Shown: positions 12,826 to 27,033 of the stretch, piece after piece | Numbering within the stretch: the stretch's first letter is position 1 | Layout: each line of letters begins with the position of its first letter | NCBI RefSeq assembly: GCF_006345805.1 | Contig: NC_043002.1 | Location: 78,864,001 to 78,928,000, forward strand | Reading direction: 5' to 3' | Length of the DNA: 64,000 nucleotides | Source of the DNA: Octopus sinensis | Lineage: Eukaryota | The notes under the pieces: generated by a model | Seen by the model: the letters and a program-made list of their open reading frames with translations, nothing else | Databases searched by the model: none | What the model was told of the DNA's origin: nothing | Made by a program: the position numbers and the translations under genes

Positions 12826-13505
12826 AGAAGGTGCATACGTGATTCTGTGATAAAAAGTTTGCTTCTTACCTACATGGTTCCAGGTTCTGTTCCACTGCAT
12901 GGTACCTTGAGCAAGTGTCTTCTACTATAGCCTTGGGCTGACCAAAGCTTTGTTGGTGGATTTGGTAGGTGGAAACTGAAAGAAGCCTGTTCATCACCAT
13001 CACATCATCATTTAACATCCGTTGTCCATGCTGGCATGGATTAGATGGTTTGACCAGGGCTGGCAAGCTGGAAGGCTGCACCAGACTCCAGTCTGATTTG
13101 GCATGGTTTCTACAGCTGGATGCTCTGCCTAACACCAACCACTCCGAGAGTGTAATGGGTGCTTTTACATGCCACTGTCATGGGTGCCATTTGCGTGATA
13201 CCAGTATCTGCCACGACTGTGATTTTACTTGGCTTGATGGATCTTCTTCTCAAGCACAACATAATGCCAAAGGTCTCAGCCATTGCTTCCATAGAGCCAT
13301 GTGTCTTTGTATCTGCATTTGTCTTCATCACTACTTGACAACCAGTGTTGGTATGTTTACATTCCTGTAATTTACTGGTTTAGCAAAAGACACCGATAAA
13401 ATAAGTACCATGCTTCAGAAATAAGTACTGGGGTCAATTCATTCAATTAAAATTCTTCAAGGTAGTGCCCCAGAATGGCCACAGTCTAATGACTGAAATT
13501 AGTGA
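12826..13505 (+). mobile_element. SINE family A interrupted by a family C element (about 12993-13290, minus)
   Basis: Family A head to ...aagaagcctgt, then a (CAT)n-tailed element, then the family A 3' half resumes near 13300. Confidence 0.8.
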
Positions 13506-13811
13506 AAGAACTTTTGTTTTCTTTTTTCCTTTTGTTTTTTTAAGGAAGTAGGATAGGATTTATGATAAGAGGGGGCATCCAGCCATAGAAACCATGCTGA
13601 AATGGAAGCTTAGCACAGTCCTCTGGCTCACCTATGCCAGTATGGAAAACTGATCTTTGATGATGATGATGATTTTGACCTTGATGCATTATAAATATAT
13701 GAAGAACTTGCATTTCTAAAGTACCTGCTTGTTTTTTTTTTTCAACTGTTTATGTTCTTCAGTGGCATACATTCCTAAAAAAATACACATATATACATAA
13801 TGGGCTCCCAC

Positions 13812-16300
13812 CAGGGGCATGTAGAGGTTTGGTGATGCCACGAGGCTAACTTCTTAATTTTATGACCTGCGAGGCTCAAGTGTAGGCTTTAGTACTGATA
13901 AATATGAGAAAAAAAGACATCTTAAATATGAAAAAAAAAAGATTTTTAATTAAATTAAATCATCCACATTAACTATGTTCAGTGTTCATGTCCCCAAATG
14001 AGATCTAACAGTAAAAACATGAACAGCTTCATTTTTTTGCATCAACTGAGAGGAATCCTTTTTCAGTGCTGATTAAAGCCAAAGTAGTTAATTGCTTCTG
14101 TAATATTGAAGGCCTCGAAGATGCTTTTATTGGTTTTAGCATTGGAAATGACCTTTCACAACTTGCAGTTGATAATGCAGCAATCTGAATGTGATGCACA
14201 CCAGAGGAAAAACATCCCTTCCAAGTTGCAGTAAAGACCCTAGAGCATTTTCAGGATCAGAAGGAACTGTGTTCCCATCCCTACTCAGCTCAAAAGTGCC
14301 TCATAAAAGTTAATAATTTCATTATATAACCGAATGACTGTCACATCAATATCATAATTTGCAAAGTCTGAATATTTATTTTTCAACCATTCCCTTTCTT
14401 GTTCATCTTCAATTGTGACTGAATTTAAATTCAAAAGAAATGAAAATCAATCTCTGAGATCTTCAAGGTGAACACTGGTCATCCTTTTCAGTTTTTAATT
14501 GGCTCATAATCTCTACTATTACTCCATTCATTTCTTTCCATGCTATCAGTTCACTATCTCCTGCTGATTATCCAGGTATCATTCTTCTTGTTTGTGCAAT
14601 TGGTATCCTCCCATTTTTCACAATATTCATTAGCTTTCATAATTTTTCAAATAAAAAATTGAAAATGAGTCCTTTTCGATGCTTCATGGCTCCCTATTTT
14701 CAGGTCCTGCAAATGTTTTGAAAATTCCTTCACTACTGATAAAATTGAGTATGAAAAATTTAACAAAGATATAAAAAGGAATTTTTATAAAGAGTTCAGA
14801 AGCATTGCTTCATATATGGTAAATCTAGAAAATTCACCTTGTTGCAAGTGTTCAAGTCTTGCAATGATATTATTACACTTATATACATTACTTTCACAAC
14901 ATAATGGCAAGAACCCCTCTTTGTATCACATTGTCTTTTATCTGAGAGATAAATAATTTTTACATTTCTTAACAAGAAGTTGATGAAAAAATAGTAAAGT
15001 TTTTCCAGAACCCAAAAGAATGTAACAACAACAGGTTGTTGCCCATTTACATGAACACAAACCAAATTGAGAGTGTGGCTCTCACAATTCACACAGCTTT
15101 TTAGTTAACTTCAAGAATGTTGAACACGTCTCTACTCTCCAGTTATAACTGTTGTGTTGTTAAATGCTTTGTCATGACAATGATTGATTGAAATTTTGTC
15201 TTCTTCCAATTTCTCCCAGGATTTCGTTTACCTAGCTGACTATATCTTTTTTGTTGATTTGAAACGAAATACTTAGAAATGCTTCCTTTATTTCTACATA
15301 TCTATTTTCATCAGTATGTTTGTAACACACAATTCATTTTAGAAACCTGATCTTAATGAGCAATATCTGGAGTTGAATCCAGTATTATGTTAAAATATTT
15401 TGCATCCTTAATTTTAGAAATTAATTTTTCTTTGAGTTTCACAAAGGAGATTATTTCATTTTGATTTTTGTGGGACAAGCAGGTAAAAATTTTTTTATCT
15501 CTTTCTCCCCCTCCCCTCTGCAAGTGTTCTACTAAGATTAGATCATATTTGGTCAAAAGTCTGAATGTTTTTAAAAAGTTACCTATATTTTCACTGATTG
15601 CTCCTCTAGTTCTGACAAAGGGGATATACCTTCTCTTTGATGTCCACTGAAGGCAGGATTCTGTTTTGACAGAAATGATACAACCTTTGTTCAGTTATAG
15701 CTTTCTATTTTCTCTTTACGGCAGAAATTTGTTGTTAAAGTTCAGTATCTATTGTAGTTGAATGCTAGAGTCAAACTGCAAGGTTCAATTATTCTCTCAA
15801 GTAAGATCTATGAGAAGGGCTTGTCTCATGGTCAGGGATTTGTGGATTCAACTTTCTCTATTGGAAGTTCCTTCTTCCTTGCTAAAGTTTGTCATTGATG
15901 ACCACTGCTCCTTTGAAAAAGTTATTGAAACTTTTTCAAACCACTGTTTGGGAAAGAACCTCCTACCCTTCTCGATAAATAGATCACTTTCTTTTGATAT
16001 CCTTCTTGGTTATGCTGTACTATTGTCATCTTTGTTATCTGGAGCATCATTGCTCAACTCCTAACATTGTTTCTTTGCAAAAATGTGCTAAAATCTCCTT
16101 TATCTTCTTCACTCAAATCCTCATCCTGACAAAGAGACTGAGACAGTATTGTTTTGATTCCATTTTACAAGAATCCTCTTTCATATCATTTACTTCTTTA
16201 TTTCCCCCACTTCCCCATTACTTTTTTTTATCTAAGCATCTAAAGCCCGTCTTTGCCAGCCCTCTTCTTTGTCTCTGTCTCTCACTCTCTTTTTTTATTT
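13812..16300 (-). mobile_element. Decayed hAT DNA transposon (ZMYM1/Tip100-like transposase pseudogene)
   Basis: Minus-strand fragments: LSHKNQNEII..IKDAKYFNIILDSTPDIAH (first catalytic D), NCESHTLNLV (CxxH), and ASCERSFPMLKPIK..LTTLALISTEK (hATC dimerisation). CAGGGGC terminus at 13812. Many stops and frameshifts. The far boundary is uncertain. Confidence 0.85.
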
Positions 16301-18101
16301 ATTTATTTTTTTGTTCTGTTGTTTGCTCCACTTGGTTGCACTTTCTTCATTTGGGGTATAAACAAAATATATTCAACTATTTGTACAGACAGTAGATATC
16401 ATCTTAAACATAAAAAAATATGAGAAACAAGTTGTAACATATAATGATACTACCTTGTTCTCTATATTTGTATATACATACCTTTATACATGTTACATGA
16501 ACCCTCCGGTGTTACTTAGCCTAACACAACCCTCTAAAGACGTTTTATAGTTACCCTTACTATACAATTGGCTTATAATGTATTATGCACATTCTCTTTG
16601 CAACATACAAATATGTAATTTCAATGATTTCCCAGAATTAATTACACTTGTTAGGCTGATTAGTATAACCGAATTTTAATGTTAACTCTGGTCATTTGTG
16701 GTGTAGCAAGTAAATTGTGAATTTATGTGAACTCTATAACACAACTTTATCTTAAAGAGCACAGTTTTTTTGCTTGCAAAGTATTAATCTACCTGAGGCT
16801 TTGATAGGAAGCACTTGCTCAAGGTACTGTGCAGTGGGATCAAACCTGGAACTATGTGGTTGTAAAGCAAACTTCTTAACCACATAGCCATGCCTGTGTG
16901 ACTATTGTTGACTGTGAAGTTATCAAATTTGGAATATCTTGAAAAAAAATGAAATGTTTTTATTATTTTTTTGCTAAAACATTCATTATTCATTAGATTT
17001 GTTTGGCTTAAACACCTCTAATTTTTTATATTTTTTCTCCTTGAAATTATATTGTCATGAGATTTTCTTCTTAATGTACTATTTGCTCAGCTTCTTCATC
17101 CTTTCTTTTATTTATTCTGTGACAAATAGAATTCATTTCCTTTTTCCCACAGTTACTCTGTTGAAGGGACTTCTCACTATCCATGTGCCCTCTCTTCCTG
17201 TTTAAGTTTATAAAAGAAATCAATCTTCTGACAATTCTACTATAATAATCACCTCATTTTTCACACAAACCATAAGAAAAATAACTTATGAAAAGCTTAT
17301 TGTTTTCTCTTTGCTGTTTTTCTTTCTGAAGTAACCACCCTTTGTACTATTGTATTTTGATTATATATGTCAGCAAAACTTGATCTCATATTCTCTTCCT
17401 TTTCAAGCCATCTGGTTATGTTTCATGTTTCTTTTTTGTTAATTATTCAAAATGTGCTAAACCTATCTGTTTAGTCCCCTTAAGCAATAGGAAAGTTGAT
17501 GACTTTCAAAAACACAATATAAAAAAGCAATACGAAAACAACTAAATTAAATAAATACAAGTGCCATCATCATGTTATGCAAAATTAATAGATAAGTTTG
17601 AGAGAAATTATAGAATTTGAATTGGTTCTGAGCATTTTTTTAGAAACAGATTATCATTAACTATTATTCACTTCTGTGAAACTTAATTTTGTCTCTGAAT
17701 TATTATTTTAATCCTTTTGTCTTTCACTTGGACGTTTAAGTACAGTTTGAACTGCTTTATTTATTTTTTAATGTATAAGGTTTAAGCAATGATTAAAAAA
17801 AAGTGAGTGTTGAGAACTATTCTAGTGATAAATACTAATAACCATTGTTTCAGTTCTCAGTACTGAAATTTTAAACAAACAATGTATTTTGTACCCAGTC
17901 ATAGTGACTAATTTGATTTCAAACTGTTTTCTACAAAATGATAAATACTGATTTTTCACTGAGCAAAATTTTGGAAGGAATGGAATGGATGATTTTATAT
18001 CAACCCTTCTTTTCTTTCTGTTACTTATTTATTATTCCCAGAATAATGATTTTAAATTTTGGCACAAGCTCAGCAGTTATAATGGAAGAGGTAAATCAAT
18101 T

Positions 18102-18283
18102 AGGAGTGGCTGTGTGGTAAGTAGTTTGCTTACGAACCACATGGTTCCGTGTTCAGTCCCTCTGCGTGGCACCTTGGGCAAGTGTCTTCTACTATAGCTT
18201 CGGGCTGACCAAAGCCTTGTGAGTGGATTTGGTAGAAGAAAACTGAAAGAAGCCCATCGTATATATGTGTGTATATATATATG

Positions 18284-18338
<55 letters not shown>

Positions 18339-18549
18339 TTGTGTGTCTGTGTTTGTCACCCCAACATCACTTGACAACCGATGCTGGTGTGTTTACGTCC
18401 CTGTAACTTAGAGGTTCGGCAAAAGAGACCGATAGAATAAGTACTAGGCTTAAAAAGAATAAGCTCTGGGATCAATTTGCTCGACTAAAGGCAGTGCTCC
18501 AGCATGGCCACAGTCAAATGACTGAAACAAGTAAAAGGGTAAAAAGGGT
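18102..18549 (+). mobile_element. SINE family A nested in a family B SINE (about 18045-18700, minus)
   Basis: Family B sequence ggtaaatcaatt...ccctagtgttcaactggtac is split by a full family A copy. Confidence 0.9.
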
Positions 18550-19086
18550 ATCCCTAGTGTTCAACTGGTACTTATTTTATTGGCCCTGAAAGTATGAAAG
18601 GCCAAGTTGATCTCAGCAGAATTTTAACCCAGAATGAAAAGAGTCAAAAGAAATGCTGCTGAGCATTTTGTCCTACTCACTAATTCATCTACCAGCTTGC
18701 CATCTTTTTTCTTATCCCAGAGTAATGAAAGATAAAGCTGACCATAGTAAAGATTGGAACTCAGGACACAGAGCTGTAACTAAAATACTAGAAGGTAGTT
18801 TGTCCTTCAGTCTATTGATTCTACCATTCAATGCTCTTCCACTTTATAAATGTTGATTTCTTACATACAACGAACTGGTGATTTCATTATGTTCATGCTT
18901 TATCCAGAAGCCAGATGAATAAAACAATGTCACAAATTTCATTTACTAAAATGTCTTACCTCTATTACTGTGCTGTATTAGAGGCTTCATAGATCTTTTA
19001 GACGAGAATGATTGACACTACAGAAGCCCATTGTATCATTATCATCATCATCATTTAATATCTGTTTTCCATGCTTCTTTTTATTT

Positions 19087-19123
<37 letters not shown>

Positions 19124-19770
19124 CCATTTTTCTCAGCATACATTCAATGTCTTTTTCTCTGTCCTTCTAGCTTCTCTCTCACTCTCTCTCTCACACACAC
19201 AGAGTACCTAAGTTCTATTAATGTTTAAATATTGATCTCTCCCATTTACACAAGGCTATGTATTCATAAAGAAGAGTGTATCTGATTGAATCTCTCTCAG
19301 TATATGACTAGTATTTTTTTTGATTGGCCATTGAGTAATAAAAGACAGTTTCCAGTGGGATTTTAACATACATATAGATATAAACCCAAATACCCAGCAC
19401 AATTCTGTCACCATATACCATTTCTGTCAATACTTCTCCTTTTCAAAGTTTAGATATTAACTTCACTAAAGCTGCTTACCAAAATAAATTAGATATTCAC
19501 AAATAGATACTGTGAATGAAGTCTTATTATTGTTAGCTAGTTATAAAAAAAAATTCACTAGTGGTTGTTCTACAGTGCAGTTTTCTCTAAAGTTCACTTA
19601 TTTCATTTGTCAATCATTAAATACTTCTATGTAATTACTGTCTGTAGATTAGGAAATTTTCTTTTCACCAGTGAAATGCCAGGAATAGATATAGAATATT
19701 GGTAGGTCACACATACACACTAACACACTGCTAATTGTGTTTGTTTTAATGCTGTTTTTCTTTTCCTTAG

Positions 19771-19829
19771 TTGAAGCATAGACATTGAAATACTCCATGT
19801 CAAATCAGTTATTTTTGCTGATGCTAAAG
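19771..19829 (+). other. Candidate upstream (5' UTR/start) exon of the A2M-like gene
   Basis: Good acceptor (ttttcttttccttag) and AAG|gtataa donor. Contains ATG-MSNQLFLLMLK but ends in phase 0, so it cannot splice in frame directly to 24133. Confidence 0.25.
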
Positions 19830-20234
19830 GTATAATTATCATTTTAATATATACCTGACAATCTAGATAGTGATGATAATCAAAGTGATAATTTAGTTGT
19901 GCTTTTGTATGTATATTGTATGTGTTTAAATGTGTATGTGTGCATCTATGTTGTACACATATTTATATATGTTTATGCATGATAGGTCGACTGTTTTCAT
20001 ATTAGTATATTTTTCAGTTGATATTTTGTGTGTGTATGTGTGTGTGTGTGTGTGGATGAGGCAGTACATTTGTTTGTTAGAATCAAAGAGCCTTTGTAGT
20101 GTGTGTGTGTGTGTGTGTGTGCGTGTGTGTATGTGTGTGTGTATTATAGCTGAAAATATTGATTACTGATGGAGTGCCTGAATTTCTTCTTTCATGTTTT
20201 TCAAAATGATGAAATAGTGTTAAATTACACACAC

Positions 20235-20265
<31 letters not shown>

Positions 20266-20362
20266 AATTAGGAACACATATAGAGCTAAGTTAAAAGTGG
20301 AAAAATGCAGATGGAAAGGTGGAGTTACAAATTCTCTGAATGTTATGACAAAAATCATTGAT

Positions 20363-20421
<59 letters not shown>

Positions 20422-20593
20422 ATGCGTTTCTCCAGTTGTTTGTTTGCATCTTTCCATTTGATTGTTTGCGTATGTGTATGTAAATGTATGTGTATATGTA
20501 TGCTTGGATCAGTGAAAATTTCTTTTTGCAATAAATATGAATCTCAAATTGTATTTTTCAATATTGATGTTAGAATGTATAAATTCCTCATCT

Positions 20594-20628
<35 letters not shown>

Positions 20629-21829
20629 CTTATTCACTTTGAAATCTCTTTTAACTCTTGCAGTATTTTGTGATGTCAGTGCCACACCCATTTTTTAGGT
20701 TCACATTAAAAGACATGATAAAATTTCTATAAGAAATTGAAGCATTTCTTTCTCACAATAGCAATTTATAACTTGTTTTTTCCAGAGAGAAAATATTACT
20801 TTAATCTAAGTCTGCAAATTCCTACTTGTGTACATTTCAAAATGCATTAATTTCAGTCTCTACTGATTTTAATCACCACACAAACATGAAATAGAACAAT
20901 GTAATCACAGCAGTCAGCTCCAGAATATTTAGACTGTTCAATACCCAAGTAAATCTTCAAAATAAAAATTAGAAACACTACCAGCTGTACTATCTACAAA
21001 ATTAAAGATGTTTTACAACTGAACTATTTATCAAATGGTACCCAGTAAACTTCACTACAACCATTGTATCTTGTTACTGAGCATGACACATAATTCTATC
21101 TACTTTACTTTTGTAGTAGGCTTAACAAATTGCCTGGTTTAACCCTCTCATCTGGTTTTTGGGTGCTTTTAGCCATTTGATTCATTTGAAAATATGCTGC
21201 AGACTTTGAGACTAGACTTCCATTTCCCCTTATGTCAACGTTTATTCCTGCAAACATTGAGCTGCAGAGGTTTAAGTGAAACAGTAGAATTAAAAGAAAC
21301 TTGTGGTGGTCTGTGTCAGCTATTAAGTACAAAATAGTTCAGAAAGTGGAAAAGTTAGTTTATAGCTGGCATTTGGGTTGGGTATCAAACATATCAATCA
21401 TCCCAATCTGGGAGGACCTACAATAGTCATAGACACTATTACTCCTCTTTTAATTAACTTATAAAACAATAACAAGTGTGCTTAGTTGGCAAACAGTTTG
21501 CACTTCCTGGTGTTTTTGATGCTTAGCCCTAGATCAGCTGAGACTCATGTAGAAAAGGATAAAGTAAAACTATGAACTCAGTTAATGAGAATGTGTAATA
21601 ATTCTGCTTAAAATGTGTGTATCTGTGGTTACTAATCAGTTCTTTATTTTATTGAATCATTTGAAAATGTGAGAGAGAAAAGATACTTCAAATCAAAGAA
21701 TTAAACACTGATGGAGCAGAGTATAGTTCAGCAATTTTTTAATTTTTGTCCATCTATGACATACTGAACAAGGCATTAAAAAGGTTACAATATACCATTA
21801 CCTTTTAAATGTTTCATCATATATAAACT

Positions 21830-22152
21830 TGGAGCACCATCTTGAAAGATTTATTCAAACAAACTGATCCCAGTATTTATTACTTTTTTTAAAGTCTGGT
21901 TTCCTTTGCCAAACCATTAAGTTATGGGGACACAAACAAACCAATGGTCTTCAAGCAGTGGTGGAAAGACAAACACAGACACACACATGCTGGGATTCTT
22001 TCAGTTTCTGATTACCAGATCCACTCACAAGGCTTTGGTTAGCCCAAAGAGATAGAAGAAAACACTTGCCCAAGGTGCCATGCAGTGGGACTGAACCAAG
22101 AACCATGTGCTTGGGAAGAAAACTTCTTATTACACAACTACACCTGCACCTA
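21830..22152 (-). mobile_element. SINE family A, diverged
   Basis: ggagcacc...cacttgcccaaggtgccatgcagtgggactgaac...cacctgcacc. Confidence 0.8.
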
Positions 22153-22646
22153 TAAAGCCATGCCTGTACCTATGAGTATTGAAATTGTTTTAAATAAAGA
22201 TGGGTGCACATATTGCACTTTGCTACAAAAGTGCATTAAAAATACTCAACTTTTCTAAATATCTTGACATTTATAACTGAGAGCTTCTATGTGGTCACTC
22301 AGCCATCCAGAAATAGAAGCCAGTTTATTGTCTCCCAAATCACTTAATGGAAGGATTCATTAGATAATGTAGTCTTAACTATATAAAAGGTAAGTAGTCA
22401 TGTTTGAAATACCTTTGCTCATAGGCCTGCTTAATCAGGACTGATTTGAGCTTAAACATGAATGGCAGAGTACATTTCCCAATGTCAACTAGGCTTGTTT
22501 TAGGATTGCTCAAGAGCCAGAATTTTAGTTTATACTTATTCCCTTGTCCAGGGATGTCAGTTGTTTTACAAACTATTTTAATGTTTGCCTCATTTTGTCT
22601 TACACAAATAATTGTACTTCCTTCCATACATGTGTACATTTGCATA

Positions 22647-22708
<62 letters not shown>

Positions 22709-22881
22709 TACTTAAGTGTGGATATGCAGGTGTTTCAAGTCAAAAGCCATATTTGACACTTTCTCTAGTTCATTAAATAAATTTTACTGGTTATTGTTTA
22801 CAGTATTCTGTATCAGGATTATAACCTGCTAGATACTGGAGCCAAATCTCCCTCAAATTACACACTGACACCTTAGATAAG

Positions 22882-23174
22882 CAGGGCTTTGGAGTTGGGG
22901 TCAGAATCGGAGTTGGAAACAATTAATGGGTAGCTGGAGTTGGAGTCTGTAAAACTATACCGACTCTGATTCCGACTCACAATGTCTTTAGTCTTTAGTA
23001 TAAACCAGTTATAACATATAGGCCTACTCAAAGTACAGGTGTATGCATATGCTTTGAGATATGTAGACCACAATCACTTAATTACATAAAGAGGAGTCAG
23101 AGTTGGAATCAGAGTCGGAGGTGCCAATAGCACAGGAGTCAGTCGAAATTTTTTGTTTCAACTCCACAGCCCTG
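22882..23174. mobile_element. hAT-type MITE with 8-bp TSD
   Basis: TIRs CAGGGCTtTGGAGTTG / CAACTCCACAGCCCTG, perfect TAGATAAG duplication (22874-81, 23175-82), internal GGAGTC/GACTC repeats. Confidence 0.9.
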
Positions 23175-23652
23175 TAGATAAGGCAATAACGTATTTGATA
23201 TTGTAGTCCTATATTCATTAAAAAAACAAAAAAAAAACAGGATAATCACTGGTGGAGAGTCTTTGACCATGGTATCAGTTCAGTTAGCTGACCTGTGGCT
23301 AAACAACCACCTCTACCTATGTGGGTATGAGACATTTTGGTACAGTTGTTTTGGCTTTGTTTATTTGGTGTCACTGATTCAATGCCGATTTATTGACATC
23401 AGACATTTTAATGCTTCTTGCATTCTCCCCAACCTCTTTCCCACATTTCCTCCCTCCCTCCCTCCATCTCTCCTTCTCTCTCTCCCTCTCTCTCTCCCTC
23501 TCTCTCTCCCTCTCTCTCTCCCTCTCTCTCTATCTCTCTCTCTCTCACTGACTTTCGCATGCACTCAGTTTGTGTGTATGAGCATATTTCTTTTTATGTG
23601 TATCAGCTAAGTGAAAGTGTTTATGTCATGTTCAAGTACTAGATTGTAATGT

Positions 23653-23708
<56 letters not shown>

Positions 23709-23721
23709 ATGCTTCTCCATT

Positions 23722-23754
<33 letters not shown>

Positions 23755-24132
23755 ATCTATCTATCTGCTTGTATATATTTCTCTGTGTGTGTGTTTGTGT
23801 GATTGTTTGTTTGCCTTCAGTGCCAAAAAGTACTGTCACCAAAACAAGTGGAATATTCAGTCAACTGGGCCCGATCATTATCATCCAAACAACTATGCTC
23901 AATTGTCTGAGGCCTTACCTATACTGGCACTGAAAAACAAATATTAAACAAAGATTTATTTCTTACTTTATAGATGTCACAATTATTTTCTTTTCTTGTA
24001 TAGACTTCATGTCTTATGTATTTTTATATTGAAATACATGTTATTATTCATTTTCTTTGAGAAATACAATTCTGCTCTAAAATTTCTAAAGATATCAAAT
24101 TCTAATTTCATTTTTTTTTCTTTTTCTTTTAG

Positions 24133-24290
24133 TTCGTACTTGCTTACCTTGCCTGCCGAGTTACATGGTGGAACAACTGAAAAATTTTGTTTATCAACAT
24201 TTGGTATTAGAGAAGATGTAAATATTATATTTGTTGTACACAATGAAGATAATACTTGGAATTTTAACAAACGAGATACTTATGTTAAAG
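24133..24290 (+). CDS. A2M: Alpha-2-macroglobulin-like gene, first identifiable coding exon (MG1 start)
   Basis: Long polypyrimidine tract + AG at 24131-32, GT at 24291. Encodes SYLLTLPAELHGGTTEKFCLSTFGIREDVNIIFVVHNEDNTWNFNKRDTYVK, resembling the A2M N-terminus (YMVLVPSLLHTETTEKGC). Phase 2 in, phase 1 out, fits the next exon. Confidence 0.88.
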
Positions 24291-24698
24291 GTATATGTAT
24301 ATATCTATTTTTTTTTGTACTTGGTTGCAAGATTCTTGATGCAAACTTGTATGTTGAAACAGATTTTGTTGTATCTCAGGAGGTTCATTATGCCAATAAT
24401 AAGCACACACACACTGGTTCAATTTTACTTCTTTATCTTGATTTAGCTCATTGATTTATAAGGGCTACTATACATAATCATTGTCATCATTGTTTTATGT
24501 CCTCTCTTTTCATGCTGGCATAGGTTGCATGAAACATCTTCAGGTAGTATTGTATAGTTGGATGCCCTTCCTGATGCCAACAATAGTTGGCATTAGGAAG
24601 GGCATTCTGGTAGTCTATTCCACATCTTCACATACCAAGCCACCAAGCTGTTTGACATTTTATATGTGTAACATAAACCAACATTAAGCAGTGTCAAT

Positions 24699-24739
<41 letters not shown>

Positions 24740-25792
24740 GGCTGCCCTGCAATTTTGGTCTACCAAAATTCACTCACTATGTATTGGTCAACTGAGAGTA
24801 GAGAAGAAAGCACTCACCTATGGTGCTTCACAGTAGGAACCTAAATTCACAAGGCTACAAAAAGAACTTCTTAACTATACAGCTGAAAATCTTATCCTCA
24901 TGAGTCAAAGTAAAACAGGAGGTGTGATGTATACAATATCTACATCTTAGTTTTACTGCTTTGTTGGTACCATTTCACATATGTCACTAATAACAACTTT
25001 CACAAAATAAAAACATCAGAACTTCCTTTTTCATTGTCTTTGTAAATCTAGAGTCTTGTGCTTATATAAGAAATCCTTATTTTGTCTAGTCATAATTCCT
25101 AAATTAAGTTGGAGGGGCCACAGGGACTATTACAAACAAAGGATGAAAGCAGAATGTAGTTATTACCATCATGTATTTTAACCTGGGTGTCCAAACTCTT
25201 CTGTATTTAACCTAAAAGAAAAACTTGCAAACTGTTTAAAGCTATGCATTCTACACCCTTGTTTGCTGCACATACACTCCTCCTCCACACACACACATGC
25301 ACACCACCACCACCGTCACTACCACCAACTTTACTATCACCATCACCACCCTTAAACCATCTTCACAGCAATACAAGAATACTGAAACTAAAACCATACC
25401 ATCTACATATAACTGCAGGAATATTAATGGCTGCTGTCTGCTCCAACCCACACACTTCCTATAACTACATATCTAAACAACCATGTATATCTAGGCTCAG
25501 CAACGGCACATAAAATTGATATTATAGCACCATTTTCGAAAACACAATCTCTTCAATCGAAACAAATACAAACTACACATTCACAGCAAAAGAAAAACCA
25601 GCAACAACAACCACATTAGGTTTCCATTTTGTGTTGGGTTGCTAAGGAACTCCCAGGAATCAAAACTGAGCAGCAAGCAAATCTTTTGCTCATCTCTGAT
25701 ATAATCATCACCAGAATTTTCATTCACACAAAAACAGATTTCTTTTAGATTATTATTTTTCTGCTTGTTGATAAAATTAAGGTGCTTTAGCA

Positions 25793-25826
<34 letters not shown>

Positions 25827-26618
25827 GTATATTCTCATTTATATCTTTCATCTCTTAATGGTTCCAGTCATTAGACTTCAGTCATGCGAGGGCACCATCC
25901 TGAACAGTTTAGTGAAAACAAATCACCACCAGTACTTTCTAGCAATTTCTTTGCCAAACTGCTTGGTTATAAGGACATAAACAAACCAACACTGGTTGCC
26001 AAGTGGTGGTGTTGAACAGACAAATACAAAGATGCATACAGACACACACACATATATATATATACGTATATGTATAAATTAAATACCCTTATGTATTTAT
26101 ATGTATAAATGATATACCCTTATATATATATATATATGTGTATAAACTATATACCCATATATATATATACTCACACACCCATACATAGCATGATGATATA
26201 TACACACACAACACGCTTCAACACAGTTTCTGTTTATCAAATTACTTGGAAGGTATTGGTCAGCTTGAGGCTATAGTAAGACACTTGCCCAAAGTGCCAT
26301 GCAGTGGGACCAAACCCCAAACCACATAATGCAAAGTGAGTTTTTTAACCACGCAGCTATACCTATACCCGTATATAAATAAAATTTTATCTCTGTTATT
26401 TTGTAATAATGCACTAAAGAACAGAAAATCATTATTTTTATAAGAAAATATTAAAAATAATAATGATAATGTAGTTATTGTATACAACGAACCACATGCT
26501 TCTGGGTTCAGTCTCACTGCATGGCACTTAGGACAAGTGTCTTCTTCTATAGCCTCAGGCCAACCAAAGCCTTGTGAGTGGATTTGTTAGACGGAAACTG
26601 AAAGAATCCCGTCATCTT

Positions 26619-27033
<415 letters not shown>

